Shown: piece after piece, positions 49,851-63,943 of the stretch
How positions within the stretch are numbered: position 1 is the stretch's first letter
Layout of the letters: the number at the start of each line of letters is the position of its first letter
NCBI RefSeq assembly: GCF_006345805.1
Contig: NC_043018.1
Coordinates: 23,870,001-23,934,000, forward strand
Reading direction: 5' to 3'
DNA: 64,000 nucleotides
Source: Octopus sinensis
Lineage: Eukaryota
The notes under the pieces: generated by a model
Database searches by the model: none
The model's input: the letters and a program-made list of their open reading frames with translations, nothing else
Told to the model about the DNA's origin: nothing
Program-made: the position numbers and the translations under genes

Positions 49851-51159
49851 CATCATCGTCGTTTAACGTCCGTGATATATGTAAAAAAAATACAAACGTA
49901 CCCTTTTTGGTCTTATATATATATATATATCATTACGTTAACCTGTTGTATGTCCAAATTTGACCAAATACTTTTCTTTCAATATTTATTTTTCTTCCAA
50001 TAGCTAGTTCTTTTGGTCAAACTGATGTATCTCCAGCAGCTTTAGATGCCAAGATATGAAAATTGCCAAAGTGTAGTACAACAGTTGAGCATTTTTCAAA
50101 AGTGTAGTAAGTCCCACATATGACACTCACAAACCTGCACACATATATGGAGACATATGAATACACACACACACACATGTGAATACACACACACACACAG
50201 ACATGGAGACATACACGTATACGTGCCCATATGAACATGAAAAACACACAAACCTGCACACATATATCAAGACACACATGTACACATGAACATGTGAATA
50301 CACACACACATATGGACACATACATATACACATATGAACACACACACACACACACACACAAGCCTGCGCACATACATGGAGATATACACATACACATGCT
50401 CATATAAACACACATGAATGCACACAAACAAACACACACACACACACATACACAAATGCATACTCACAAATACAAAACCAACAGACATAACTCATAAATG
50501 TACAAACACACACACACACACAAACCATCATCCTTGTTTAACGTCCGTTTTCCGTGCTGGCATGGGTTGGATGGTTTGACAAGCCAGGGAGCTGTCCAGA
50601 CCTCCAATTACTCTCTCTCTCTCTTTAATCTTTTTCTTGTTTCAGTCATTTGACTGTGGCCATGCTGGAGCACCACCTTTAGTCGAGCAACTCGACCCCA
50701 GGACTTATTCTTTGTAAGCCCAGTACTTATTCTATCGGTCTCTTTTGCCGAACCGCTAAGTGACGGGGACATAAACACACCAGCATCGGTTGTCAAGCAA
50801 TGCTAGGGGGACAAACACAGACACACAAACATAAACGCACACACACACATATATATATACATATATACGACGGGCTTCTTTCAGTTTCCCTCTACCAAAT
50901 CCACTCACAAGGCTTTGGTCGGTCCGAGGCTATAGTAGAAGACACTTGCCCAAGGTGCCACGCAGTGGGACTGAACCCGGAACCATGTGGTTGGTAAGCA
51001 AGCTACTTACCACACAGCCACTCTTGCACCTGCATGCATAAAATACAATTGTACTGATGCCTGTACACAAACACACACAAACATACAAATGCATACAGCA
51101 AACCCACACACACACATATTATAAAGAAGAGGAGGAGAGAAAGAAAGGATGATACATAC

Positions 51160-51291
51160 CAAATCCATTTGAGGATGGCTGAGGAAACGTAACATTTTCC
51201 GAAGCTGATGTCTGTGGGTAGGCAGCTGTTTATCTCCTAACCTTCATCTGACACGGAATTTATGACACTTGTAATCATTTCTAGAAGATGC
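51160..51291 (-). CDS. Caspase p10 C-terminal exon, containing a frameshift
   Basis: HLLEMITSVINSVSDEG* in frame; GDKQLPTHRHQLRKMLRF (caspase KQxP..LRKxLxF motif) follows in another frame; donor TTG|GTATGT. Confidence 0.8.
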
Positions 51292-52179
51292 CTGAAAATG
51301 CACAGATGCACATCATCATTATCATCATCATCATTCTTTTATTCTTTCACTTGTTTCAGGTATTTCACTGTGGCCATGCTGGAGCACTGCCCTTAGTCGA
51401 ACAAATCGACCCCCGGGACTTACTTTTTTGTAAGCCTAGTACTTATTCTATCAGCCCCTTTAGCCGAACTGCTAAGTTACAGGGGCATGAACACACCAAC
51501 ATTGGTTGTCAAGCAATATTGGGGGGGACGGACACAGACACACACACACACACACATCACATACAACGGGCTTCTTTCAGTTTCCGTCTACCAAATCCAC
51601 TCACAAGGCTTTGGTGAGCCTGAGGCTATGGTAGAAGATATTTGCACAGGGTGGCATGCAGTGGGGCTGAACCCGGAACTAGGTGGTTGGTAAGCAAGCT
51701 GCTTACCACATAGCCATGCCTGCGCCTATCATCAATATTATTATTATTATTATTATGATTATTTTCGTTGTTGTTGCTTAATATGAGCCATTTTAAGTAG
51801 CATCAAGAAAGCTGAAGTAACAGCAAACTGAATCTGTCACTTTGAATGCTCTTTAAGATAATTATTGACGGCGCATGACCTAGTTGTTAGGGTTTTGCAC
51901 TCATGACTGCAAGATCACAATTTCAATTTCCAGACTGGATGAAGCATTGTGTTTTTGAGTAAAACCTTTCATCTCACACTGATTTGCGATCACTTTGACA
52001 TGCGGCACACCAGACACCTATTCCCGTCAATGTCAATTTGATGGAGAGAATGAACTAATGTACAGTAAATACATTTGATCCTTATTAACAAATTTTTGTG
52101 GGTCATTTGGTGAAAGCTGAAGACTCATATGTTGTCTTTGACAGGAGAGTCATTATTATTACTATTATTATTAGCAGCA

Positions 52180-52770
52180 CATGCCATCAAAGTGACACTG
52201 GGGTAAAATATACGAAGCCCAGTATACCTATCATAGCTACCCGTCTGATAAGGGTACACCAGGCACATGCATCACAACCATATGTGCGCAACATGGTGAT
52301 CTCATATCAAGATTAACAGCACATGGACTTTGCAGATGAGGCCCAGTTAGAATTTTCTGCAGGTGAGTAGCCCATCCTGCTCGAAAGGTCCCTGAATAAG
52401 GGTTGTTTAATGCTTTTGCTACTGTATTAATTTTGAGATGCTCTGTGTTTCTTTCAATTAATTTTAAATATAACTAAGAATTTAGTAAAATAGTTATCAT
52501 TCAGCTAGTGTTAGGGACATTAATTGTAACTAAGGTTTCGTGGAAGATTTTAATTCAAAACTTATGTAAACAAGACATTTGTACTCAGAGCCAGAGGGGG
52601 TTTCAGCCAGGTTGGAAATTAATGGGTTAAAGATGTTGAAAGAAACACCCATGTTTCCAAAGGTGAATTATCCAAACCCCAAAGAATTCTTTTCAACACA
52701 TGGCTACGATGCCCCCCACCACCACCACCACTACTTCTGCTCATAATCAGGGATGCACATATTGTCAGCC
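52180..52770. mobile_element. Dispersed repeat (copies at 54420-54620 and ~32900-33150) with nested piggyBac-like MITE
   Basis: Near-identical ATGCCATCAAAGTGACACTGGGGTAAAATATACG... blocks. Confidence 0.7.
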
Positions 52771-52920
52771 ACTCTTCTCTCTTAACAACACCCAACATTT
52801 CTCCCTAACCTTCTTTCTCTTTGTAGGAGAACACAGTTAAGTAATTGAACCCCAGAAAAATAAGAATGTTTTATTTTTTTTTCATACTTGCATCAACTGG
52901 GAATAAATTACAACACTTAC

Positions 52921-53068
52921 TTTTCTTCAGCATTAGTTGAAAATTCTTCAGTAATATGTTTGATAAATCTGCATCCATTCTGTGGACACCGATATGAATA
53001 ATAACCAGCTATGGTAGACATGAAGACAGAAACATCTGCTTTTAACACAGGATTTTGATAATGTACAG
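52921..53068 (-). CDS. Caspase exon: p10 N-terminal part
   Basis: VHYQNPVLKADVSVFMSTIAGYYSYRCPQNGCRFIKHITEEF (AD..ST..GY.S.R...G..FI motif); AG/GT bounded, phase 1/2. Confidence 0.9.
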
Positions 53069-55697
53069 CTAAAAGGAGAAAAGAAAGCAAATGGGTTGTT
53101 GTTGTTTATCTCAAGATCTGCCCAGATCCATCAGATCTTTTAGCAAAGAAATTACATCATAGTTCTCATCTTCATTGTTTAGCATCCATTTTCCATGCTG
53201 GCATGGATTAGACAGTTTGACTGGAACTGGTAAGCCAGAGAGCTTCAGTCCGGTTTGGCTTAATTTCTATGGCTGGATGCCCTTCCTAATACCAACCATC
53301 CAGGAATGTAGCAGATCCCTTTATGTGTCACCTGCACAGCTGCCTCTTACACAACACTGGCAAAGGTGCCTTTTATTCATCACTAACACGAGTATCTGGC
53401 CATGACTACAGTTCCACTTGGCTTGATGAATCTACTCAAGCACAGCAGATTGCCAAAGATCTGGAACCATGTGGTTGAGAAACAAGCTTCTTACCACACA
53501 CCCAAACCTGGAGAGTGTTTTTTTAACCTTTCAGAAAATAAAAGAGCACCAAATGATGGGAATGTATCTCATTTTCTTCCATTTCACTTTTCATGTAAAA
53601 ACAGTAGAAATAAACCATCCATACAGTGATCGTATAGAAAGTTGTGTTGGAATATCACCATTTAGAAAATATAGAAAAAGCACCATTTGAGTGTGGCCAC
53701 TGCCAGTATCGCCTGACTGGCCCTCGTGCCAGTGGCACGTAAAAGCAGCCACTACACTCTCGGAGTTAGGAAGGGCATCCAGCTGTAGAAACTCTGCCAG
53801 ATCAGATTGGAATCTGATGCAGCCATCTGGTTCGCCAGTCCTCAGTCAAATCGTCCAACCCATGCTAGCATGGAATGCAGACATTAAACGATGATGACAT
53901 ATACTTCTGTCATATGAGATACAAAATCACATATTCAAGTGCCACCACTTGAAAAACTGGCACAAACTTTTGTTCCAACCCAATAAATTGGTCATTTGTT
54001 AAGTTCTAAATAATGAGCGCAAGACTATCCATTGTCTTTCCAACAATAACCTTGGGCAGCTTTTTGAATAACATGCGTGACACTCAGGGACATGCTCACA
54101 AAATCAAAAGAACAAAACAGTACCTAGAACTGCTGAAGCATGGAATAAACTATCTGCATCAGTTGTTAGTTGCTGAGACATTACACCCTTTGAAACTTCC
54201 ATGCTTCCTGAAATTTGTCACATTGCACCCCCAACCTGCCATTTTTTCTTTTTTGTCTTTTTTGAAGATTTATTTACTGCTTCACCCACTGTACATATTC
54301 GATGTACAGTTCTTGTAGTTTTGGTTACTTTTTCTGAGGAGTTGTAGTGCACCTGAACACTGTGTACAAAATTCATTATCATCTTCATCATCATCATCAT
54401 TATTATTATTATTGAGTGAGAGAGCAGTTCATGCCATCAAAGTGACACTGGGGTAAAATATACGAAACCCAATATACCCATCATGACTACCCGTCTGATA
54501 AGGGTACACCAGGCACATGCATCACAACCATATGTGCGCGACATGGTGATCTCATATCAAGATAAACAGCAAATGACCTTGCAGGTGGGGACCAGTTAGA
54601 ATTTTCTTCACATTGAGTAGCATTCAGAATGTTCAGCCAAATGTAATGCTTTTTCATTCACATTCTTTTGAACTAATCGAGCATTATCTTATAGTTTTGA
54701 AATTTTGAAGATGTGATTGTATATTTTTAGTATGTCATTGTTGAGTAGATGTGAGAGGTCAGTAGAATATTTGAACCAGATATATCTAGGACCTTGTTAT
54801 CTAATACATCTTTAACCCTTTAGCTTTTAAACTGACCATATCCAGCCCAAATATTCTACTGACCTCTCACATCTACTCAACAATGGGTTCAAATTCCACC
54901 AAAGTTGCTTTTGCTTTTCATCCTTTCGGGGGTCAATAAATTATGTACCAATTGAACACTGGGGCTGGTGTAATTGACTAGTACTCTCCGTCCAAATTCC
55001 AGGCTTTGTACAAAAATTTGAAACCAATATATATTTGCCCTTTATTATATTCTAAATTCCAGCTTAATCGCCTTTTACTTGTTTCAGTTTTTGGACTGTG
55101 GCCATACTGGAACATCACCTTAATAGGTTTAATTGAACTAATTGACCACCACGGTAGGTATGTTTTTTAGGTCCGGTACTTATTCTATCGGTCTCTTTTC
55201 CTGAACCAGTAAGCCACAGGGATGTAATCAAACCAACACCATTTGTCAAACAGTGATAGGGGCTATGAACACAAATACATAAACTGGCTCTCTGTCAGTT
55301 GCCACGACGAGGGTTTCAGCTGATCCGATCAACAGAACAGCCTCTGCTTGGTGAAATTAAAGTGCAAGTGGTTGAGCACTCTACAGACATGTGTACACTT
55401 AATGCAAGTTCTCAGGGAAATTCAGTGTGATTCAGAAGGTGACAAAGCTGGCCCTTTGAAATACAGGTACCACTCGTTTTTGCTAGTTGGGTGAACTGGA
55501 GCAATGTGAAATGAAGTGTCTTGCTGAAGGACACAATGGGCTGGTGGGAATCGAACTCACAACCTTACAATCATGTACTGAATATCCTGAAGACTAAGTT
55601 ATGTGCCTTCACTATCACACACACACACACACACACATGCAAACACACATGCAAACACACACACAAACGCACACACAAACACACACAAAAAAGCACG

Positions 55698-55735
<38 letters not shown>

Positions 55736-55814
55736 AACACACACACACAAACACACACACAAACACACAAACGCACGCACACACACAAACACACACACAA
55801 ACACACGCACAAAC

Positions 55815-55845
<31 letters not shown>

Positions 55846-56599
55846 AACACACACACACATACACACACACATATAAATACATATATACAGAGAGCTTCCA
55901 CACAGTTTCCATTTACCAAATTCACTCACAAGGCATTGATTAGCCTGGGGTTATAGTAGAAAACTCTTGCTCAAAGTGCCACACAGAGGGATTGAACTTG
56001 AAACCATGTCATTGCGAAGCAAGCTTCTTACTCATACAAACATGTCTTTACCTAGAAATATATTTAAAAGTCATTTTGTTTGTTTTTCTGTCTTAACTCC
56101 AAAAACCAATAAATGAAAAATAATGGCTGTGTGGTACAAAGCTTGCTTCCCAACCACATGGTTCCATGTTCAGTCCCACTGCATGGCACCTTGAGCAAAT
56201 GTCTTCTGCTATAGCCTTAGGCCAACCAAAGCCTTGTGAGTGGATTTGGTAGAAAGAAGCTGAAAGAAACTCATCGTGTGTGTGTGTGCGTGTGTGTGTG
56301 TGTGTGTGTGTATTTGTGTGTCTGTGTGTATTTGTGTGTCTGTGTGTATTGTGTACCCCGCCTACCATTGCTTGACAACCAATGTTGGTGTGTTTGCATC
56401 CCTGTTGCTTAGTGGTTCAGCAGAAGGGACTGATGGAATAAGTACTAGGCTTACAAGGAATAAGTCCTGGGGTTGATTTGTTCAACTAAAGGCGATGCTC
56501 CAGCATAGCTACAGTCAAATGACTGAAACAAATAAAAGAATATACTACTTCATCAGACAAATTATCATGGTAAGATCAAAGAATTCAAACATTACTTAC

Positions 56600-56926
56600 A
56601 GGGACCCATAGCATCAAAAGAACAATCTTTCTGATCATTTTCGTTTTGACATGCTTGGATAAAAAATAATTTCGGCTTATTTTCAAGAGACGGGCATTTG
56701 TCTGTATTAAAGAGCTCTATCAAGTCATTAATCACCACAGGTTTAGAGTCGCTTCCAAATACTTCATCTTTTGCTCCATGTGATAGGATGAAGCAGGCAA
56801 AACAATCATACAGCTTGTGGTTTTCATTCCTATATTTTTTTAAACATTCTTTCATTTCATTGCTGCTTAAATTTTTATGTATTTTTACAGTGAATTGAAA
56901 TTTTTCAAATAATTTCTGAAGTTCAT
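56600..56926 (-). CDS. Caspase-8/10-like exon: p20 catalytic core
   Basis: DCFACFILSHG (catalytic His) and CPSLENKPKLFFIQACQN (catalytic Cys); phase 1/1. Confidence 0.93.
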
Positions 56927-57719
56927 CTGTAATATAATATATAATAATTGTTTAAAAACCAAAAAAAAAAAAGACATTTAAAAATAGTGTAATTATAATA
57001 TGATTTATAATATTTCTTAATTAATTATAGAAATGATACTAATAATTACATAGCAATTGTATATTACAGTTTTAACCCTTTAGGCATTGAAGACTATTTT
57101 GTCAAATGCATCGTTTATTTATATTGCTTTGAATTAATCATGTATTATCTTATAGATTCGAGATGTCAATGATGTCAACATTTATTATTAAAATAGCAGC
57201 ATAAGGTCAATGCGAGGGGGCCATATGTTTTGAAGGGCTGAAAGTAGAACAGGTAGAATATTTGGGATGGGATATCATTTAACTTTTATTCAAATATGAA
57301 ACAGAAACAGCACTAGTGTAAAAGACATTATTCTTTTCTACTCAAGGCACAAGGCCCAAAATTTTTGGGGAGGAGGGCAGTCGATTAGATCGGTCTCAGT
57401 ACGCAACAGGTACTTAATTTATCAACCCCAAAAGGATGAAAGGCAAAGTTGACCTCGGCAGAATTTGAACTCAGAACGTAAAGACAGATGAAATACCACT
57501 AAGCATTTCACCCGGTATGCTAACGCTTCTGCCAGCTCACTGCCTTGTAATGGCCATTATTGACCACACATTCTTAACGTATCCGCCTCATGTATTTGCT
57601 GGTAGGCTGCAATTTGCTGGGGTGAAAATTACTCTCTCAAGGTGCCAGGTGTTGAAACACCTGAAAGTCATGGACAGGTGAGACAACTCACCTGAAATCC
57701 CATTCAGGAGTGGTGGACA

Positions 57720-59580
57720 TTGATGTTACAGCATGAATTTGAACAGTGCATAGCAGCCAATCCTGACAGCAAGGTTTTCTGGAAATATGTGCATTCGAAG
57801 CAGAGACCTCACTCTCCAGTGGACCCTCTTCGCAACCCTCACACAAGCCAAATCCCTGACGATCCCAAGGAATGCGCAGAACTCATTGCCGAGTGCTATG
57901 CAAGCATATTCACTGTTGAAAATCAAAATGTACCATCTTCACCATCTCTAACAGCAAATTCCATAACAACTATGGAATTTACACCTGCAATGCTGCAACG
58001 TCACCTTCAAAATAAGCACAACTATGCCTCCCTTGGTCTTGATGGCGTTACATACCTGCTTCTCAAACGTGGCAGGTACTTCTTTTTACACCCGCTTTCT
58101 ATTTTTTTCCAGTACTGTCTCAACAATGGTACTACTCAACTATCGCCTAGTCAGTCTCACTAGGTGTATTGCAAAACTGATGGAATCGTGTGTCAGAGAA
58201 ACACTTTGGAACTTCTGGAGCTCTCACAGTCTCATCTGACCCTCACAATATGGATTTGTCCCTAACTCCAGCTGCACTGATCAGCTTGTCAAGTTCCTTG
58301 AGGACATTACTCAGATCACTGACAGTGGCTCATGGGTGGATGTTGTCTACCTTGACTTTGCTAAGGCTTTTAATTCTGTGCCACACAAAAGGCTTATGGT
58401 GAAACTCTCTGCAATGGGTGTGAGGGATGATCTTTTTAACTGGTTGAAATCCTTCATTCTCAGCCGAAAGGAGGTAGTCACAGTTCTAGGACAGCATTCT
58501 ACACCATATGAGATGTCATCAGGTGTACTACAGGGATCTGTTCTTGGTCCCCTCTTGTTTGTGGCATACATTAATGACATAGATGCCAATTTAAAGAATG
58601 CCACGGTATTGAAATATGCAGACGACATCAAGCTGTACCTTGAAATCAAGAGGACAGATCCTGATGTCTACAACTCTTTCCTGCAATCAGACCTGGACAC
58701 AATGCAGCAATGGATCACAGACTGGCAACTGAAACTGGCTGTGGACAAGTGTACCACCATGCATTTTGGGAGAAAAAACCCTGCATCCACATACTCCCTC
58801 CACAACACTGATATCAAGAAATCCTCTTGCGAGCCTGACCTAGGCATCACTGTCAGCAGTGATTTGCGTTGGACAAAGCATATCTCTAAAATTGCCAAGA
58901 AGGCCGAGGGTGTCTTGGCATCACTCAGCAAGACTTTTGTTAGCCGCTCTCCAGCCATCTATTTAAAGCTGTATACAGCTATGGTACGACCACACTTGGA
59001 ATTCGCATCATCAGTTTGGAACCCCTATCTTGCTCAGAATATTGACCTCCTGGAATCTGTTCAGAGACGTGCAACCAAATGCATACCCTCCATCAGACAC
59101 CTACCGTACTCTGAGCGCCTTGTTTCCCTGGGCATGGATTCACTGAAGCTCCGGCGTCTGGTGATGGACTTGGTAAACACCCACAAAGTTATCAACCACC
59201 TCACCAACAACAACACTGAACACCTTTTTGATCTCCATGTGTCCAACACACGTGGACATGCCTACAAAGTCAGAAAATAGCACAACTCCCATGACTTTCG
59301 GAAACATTTTTCCACGCTCAGAGTTGCTAAAGCATGGAACAAACTGCCTGCGTCAGTTGTTGACTGCCATGACACTGCATCCTTTAAGGCCCTCATGCTT
59401 TCTGAAATCCGCCGAAACTACACCTGATTGTCCCCCTTCCATACTCATACACATATGTGTATGTCATGACCCATGCACTGTTCTTTTCCTGACGCTTGCA
59501 CATTACCCTATGTACTATACATACATTTTAGATGAGTTGTAGTGCACCTGAGCACTGTACACAATGTTTTATTATTTTGT
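57720..59580 (+). mobile_element. 5'-truncated CR1-clade LINE in a caspase intron (antisense to the gene)
   Basis: ORF 58336-59280: VVYLDFAKAFNSVPH, GVLQGSVLGPLLF, KYADDIKLY, VRPHLEFASSVWNP, NTRGH. Related 3' fragment at 54030-54380. Confidence 0.93.
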
Positions 59581-61621
59581 GGCTTATCAACATGAAAATC
59601 TTTTATCATTTACTAGTCTCAGTCATCAGATTACAGCCAAAAGCTAGTTGAACAAATCAACCTCAGTACATATTTTCATATATTTCTTTTTTAAACCTGG
59701 TACATATTATATTAGTCTCTTTTGCCAAACTGCTAAATTATGGGGGTGTAAACACACCAACACCGGTTATCAAGTAGTGGTGGGGGCAACCAAATACAAA
59801 TACACACACACACATCCTATGAGCTTCTTTCAGTTTTCATCTACTAAATCCACTCACAAAGCTTTGGTGGGACCAAGGCTGTAGTAGTGAACTGAACCTG
59901 GAACCATGTGGCTGGGAAGCAAACTTCTTACCACACAGCTGATCTTGCTTCCTAACCACATGGTCTAGGTTCAATCCCACTGCGTGATACCTTGGGCAAG
60001 TGTCTTCTACAATAGCCTCAGGCTGACCAAAACTTTGTGAGTGGATTTAGTAGATGAAAACTGAAAGAAGCCTGTCATATGTGTACGTGTGTGTCTGTGT
60101 ATTTGTCCTCCCCCCCACCGCTTGACAACTAGTATTGGTGTATTTATGTTCCTGTAACTTAGCAGTTCAGCAAACAAGACTGATAGAGCAAGTACCAGGC
60201 TTAAGAAATAGATCCTGGGTTCAATTTGCTTGACTGAAACTCTTCAAAGTTGTACTGCAGCAAGGCCACAGTCAAAATGACCAAAACAAGTAAAAGAATA
60301 AAAGAGAAACAAAGAAAACTTTAGGTAGAGGGAACTCTTTGCACAGGACATTTCACCGCACACTGCCTCGGTTACCATAATTGCAAAAAATTAGTACCAG
60401 AGGGCTTTTTGTTCATTTTATTTATTTCTCTTCACTTTTTCTAGGCACAGATGTGGTTGTGTGGTAAGAAGCTTGCTTCACAACCACATGGTTCCAAGTT
60501 CAGGCCCACTGTGTGGAACCTTGGGCAAGTGTCTTCTATTATAGCCTCAAGCTGACCAAATTTGGTAGACAGAAACTGAAAGAAACCTGACATATATATG
60601 TGTGTGTTTTGGGGTCTGTACTCATCTACCACCACTTGACAGCCAACGTTGGTGTGTACACATCTCCATAAATTAGCAGTTTAGCAAAAGAAACTGATAG
60701 AATGAGTTCCAGGCTTAACAAAAATGTAAGTACTGGAGTCAGTTCCTTTGATTAAAACAAGTTGTTCAAGGTGGTGCCCCAGTATGGCTGCAGTCTAACA
60801 ACTGAAACAAGTAAAAGATAAAAGATGAACATTTCCTTTCCTATAATAGACTGCTATAGTCTCAGGTTTATCTCATCTGTTTATTAACATAACAGAAATT
60901 CATTTCATTGGCTTACAACAGGTAACTCTTAGAAGAAAAAATATTTAGAACAAAAATTTGAAAATTAATGACTTGTAGGGACACCAGATTTAATTATACA
61001 AACATAATATACTACAAAGAATATTAAACACTTTATAAGTCAAATATGTATTGTACTGTGTTAGCAGTGCTATTATTACAAGTAATACTGAAGAAGGAAC
61101 AAGAACTCCTAAAATATGTATATACACCCATTACCTATTTTTCCATTGTGAAGGCATGTGGCTTAGTGGTTACAGCATTTAACTGTAATGTCTTGAGTTC
61201 AATTCCTGGTGACACATTATGTCCTTGAGCAACATACTTTATTTCACGTTGTTCCAGTTCACTCAGCTGGCAAAAGTGAGTAGTACCTGTATTTCAAAAG
61301 ACCAGCTTTGTCACATTCTGTGTCACGCTGAATCTTCCTGAGAACTACCTTAAGGGTACACGTGTCTGTGGATTGCTCACCCACTTGCACATTAATTTCA
61401 CGAGCAAGCTGTTCCGTTGATTGTTTCAGCTGGGACCCTTGATGTCATAACCAACGGAGTGCTCCTTAATTTTTCCATCTTTTATCGCATTGTTGTTTAC
61501 ATTAGATGAATTCGGATATTAAACATCATAACAAATCGGTGCTAGCTATAATTTCTATAGAAAATCTATAGCGATAACCTTAACATATGAAATTTGAAAA
61601 GGTCTCTGAAGACCAAATTAC

Positions 61622-61693
61622 CTTCATCCACTTTAGCACCTAGTCTCTGTGACCCACCAGCAAATTCAATGTTGTTTATTATGACACAATACC
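61622..61693 (-). CDS. Caspase exon: p20 start
   Basis: GYCVIINNIEFAGGSQRLGAKVDE; 72 nt, phase 1/1. Confidence 0.9.
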
Positions 61694-62262
61694 CTATGGA
61701 AATAAAGTTAAAAAAAAGGCAAGTGAAATGAGTTTAATTCATTAGATTTCAAATAACAAATAAATATAAGGTATGAGTTTAAATGAGTTTATGATAGGGG
61801 GATACTGACCACATTCACAAGAATTTTAATTAATTTCTTTTCATTGTAAGTTAGTTCAAGAACGAGATAACTGTTAATGAACTTCACAGACTCTCTCAAA
61901 CAAGTGAGGGAGATGTAATGAAGCAAATGCCCAGCCTGGATATCTGCATGTCAATAAGTTGAGATAGACGTGACTAAAGGTTAGGTGGAATTTTGTGCAA
62001 CAATGCTAAAGACATCTAAATTAAATTTGAATTACAATTAAATTTAAATTCAATTGAAATAAATTCAATTTAAAATTATAGTCAATCTTCAGGTTAACGA
62101 TAATAGTTAAATAAATAAGCAAATAGAGTTAAACAATATTTATTTTTAAAATAATAAAACAATAATTTTTCTTATAGAAAAAACTCCATTAACTAAATTT
62201 GAAAGTTAAAACATTAGGATTATTTCCTACAACACATTTATTATGTTAAATATTTAATATTT

Positions 62263-62329
<67 letters not shown>

Positions 62330-62820
62330 GAGAAAGAGAGGGTGGGTTAAAATAATCACCTTAAGGGATAGAAAATATCCAATCAAGTACTGGTTTGTTA
62401 CCTATTATTTTGTTGTGAATAATAACATTCCAAAGATAATAGATTTAAATATAAATCTTGGTTTATAAATATTCAAATTAAAATCCAGAAAATGAAGTAG
62501 TAGTGTTAATATAATCTATTAACAGCAAAAATTCAACATGTTCAATTACAGCTGTTTTGATTTTGCCCAAAAGAATTAAATTCCAGTAATTAAAACATTT
62601 TATTGGGCAAAATCTCATCAGAGGAGTAAAAAAAAGACATATCGTTAGGTTACATGTTATTCTTCCAAAACATCTCAACAGACTGTCTGTTGGAAGTAAA
62701 TAGATTGTAAGACACACTCTTGCCACACAATGTTGTTCATCTCTATTTCTTTTCAAAATTCTCTTCTTCAGAGTCAAAACACATATAAACAAAAGAGAGA
62801 GAAAAAGATATAAAACTGAC

Positions 62821-62871
62821 CTCTTGGCACAGATTCCATTCTATAACAGTCAACACTCCTCCGTTTGGACT
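62821..62871 (-). CDS. Caspase exon: prodomain/p20 boundary
   Basis: SKRRSVDCYRMESVPR(G) matches the YxMxxxPRG motif; 51 nt, AG/GT bounded, phase 1/1. Upstream exons were not resolved. Confidence 0.85.
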
Positions 62872-63388
62872 CTTAAAAGACAGAGAAAACAGAAAATTGT
62901 TTCATCATCATCATTATCATTATCCTCATCGTCAAACATCAGCTTTCCATGCTGGCATGGGTGGGAGGGTTTGACAGGTGCCGGTCAGGCAGAAGCCTGC
63001 ACCAGACTTTTGTGTCTGTTTTGGCAGGATTTTTACGGTTGGATGCCCTTCCTAACACCAACCACTCAGCAGAATGCATGTGTAGATATTTTTTAATATT
63101 TAATTTGAATGAGTCCAATACAATGTGGCCTCATAACTTACATACTCTTTGCTCTTTTACTCTTTTACTTGTTTCAGTCATTTGACTGCGGCCATGCTGG
63201 AGCACCGCCTTTAGTCGAGCAAATCGACCCTGGGACTTATTCTTTGTAAGCCCAGTACTTATTCTATCGGTCTCTTTTTGCCGAACCGCTAAGTGACGGG
63301 GACATGCTCACTTTTCATCTTTTCTCCCATCATCATCATGACAATACCTAATTCAAAACACCATGCAGTATTTATAAGTTAATGACAC

Positions 63389-63426
<38 letters not shown>

Positions 63427-63912
63427 CTTAAGGTCTGTTTTCCTTGCTGGTATGGGTTGGATGGCTTGTCAGGAGCTGCTAATGCCAGGAGCCACAGTTT
63501 TGGCTAGGTTTCTATGGCTGGATGCCCTTCCTAATGCCAACCACTTTATATATTCAAGAATTTGTAATGGACTATTAAGTCCAGTAATTGCAAGAACTGG
63601 GGTAAGAAGTTTAATACCTTGTTTTGTTTTTTGAAGAACAATGTTTTAGAGAAGCAGAAGATTGGCGGGCGTCTTCTGCTCCTTTTCGTTTATCATTTCA
63701 TCTCATTAATGCAATGTCCAGCCTGCAGCTACATCTGTGTAATGCCCTTGTGCAAATTATATGAATAAAAGTAGCTTGCTTACCAACCACATAGGTCCAG
63801 GTTCAGTCCCACTGCATGGCACCTTGGGCAAGTGTCCTCTACTAGAGCCTCGGGCCAACCAAAGCCTTGTGAGTGGATTTGGTAGACGGAAACTGAAAGA
63901 AGCTCGTCGTAT

Positions 63913-63943
<31 letters not shown>

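Noticed and set aside
51237-51239. A-to-I editing of the premature UAG as a rescue of the caspase
   Set aside because: Recoding UAG to UGG would not restore the reading frame of the downstream KQLP...LRF motif.
62478-62792. 104-aa minus-strand ORF inside the caspase gene
   Set aside because: It lies between two exons that already join in frame (PRG|YCVIINN) and has no recognisable domain; treated as intronic.
63312-63750. Candidate upstream caspase exons (63347-63312 and ~63618-63730)
   Set aside because: GT/AG-like boundaries exist, but phases and stops could not be reconciled and no DED/CARD homology is recognisable.
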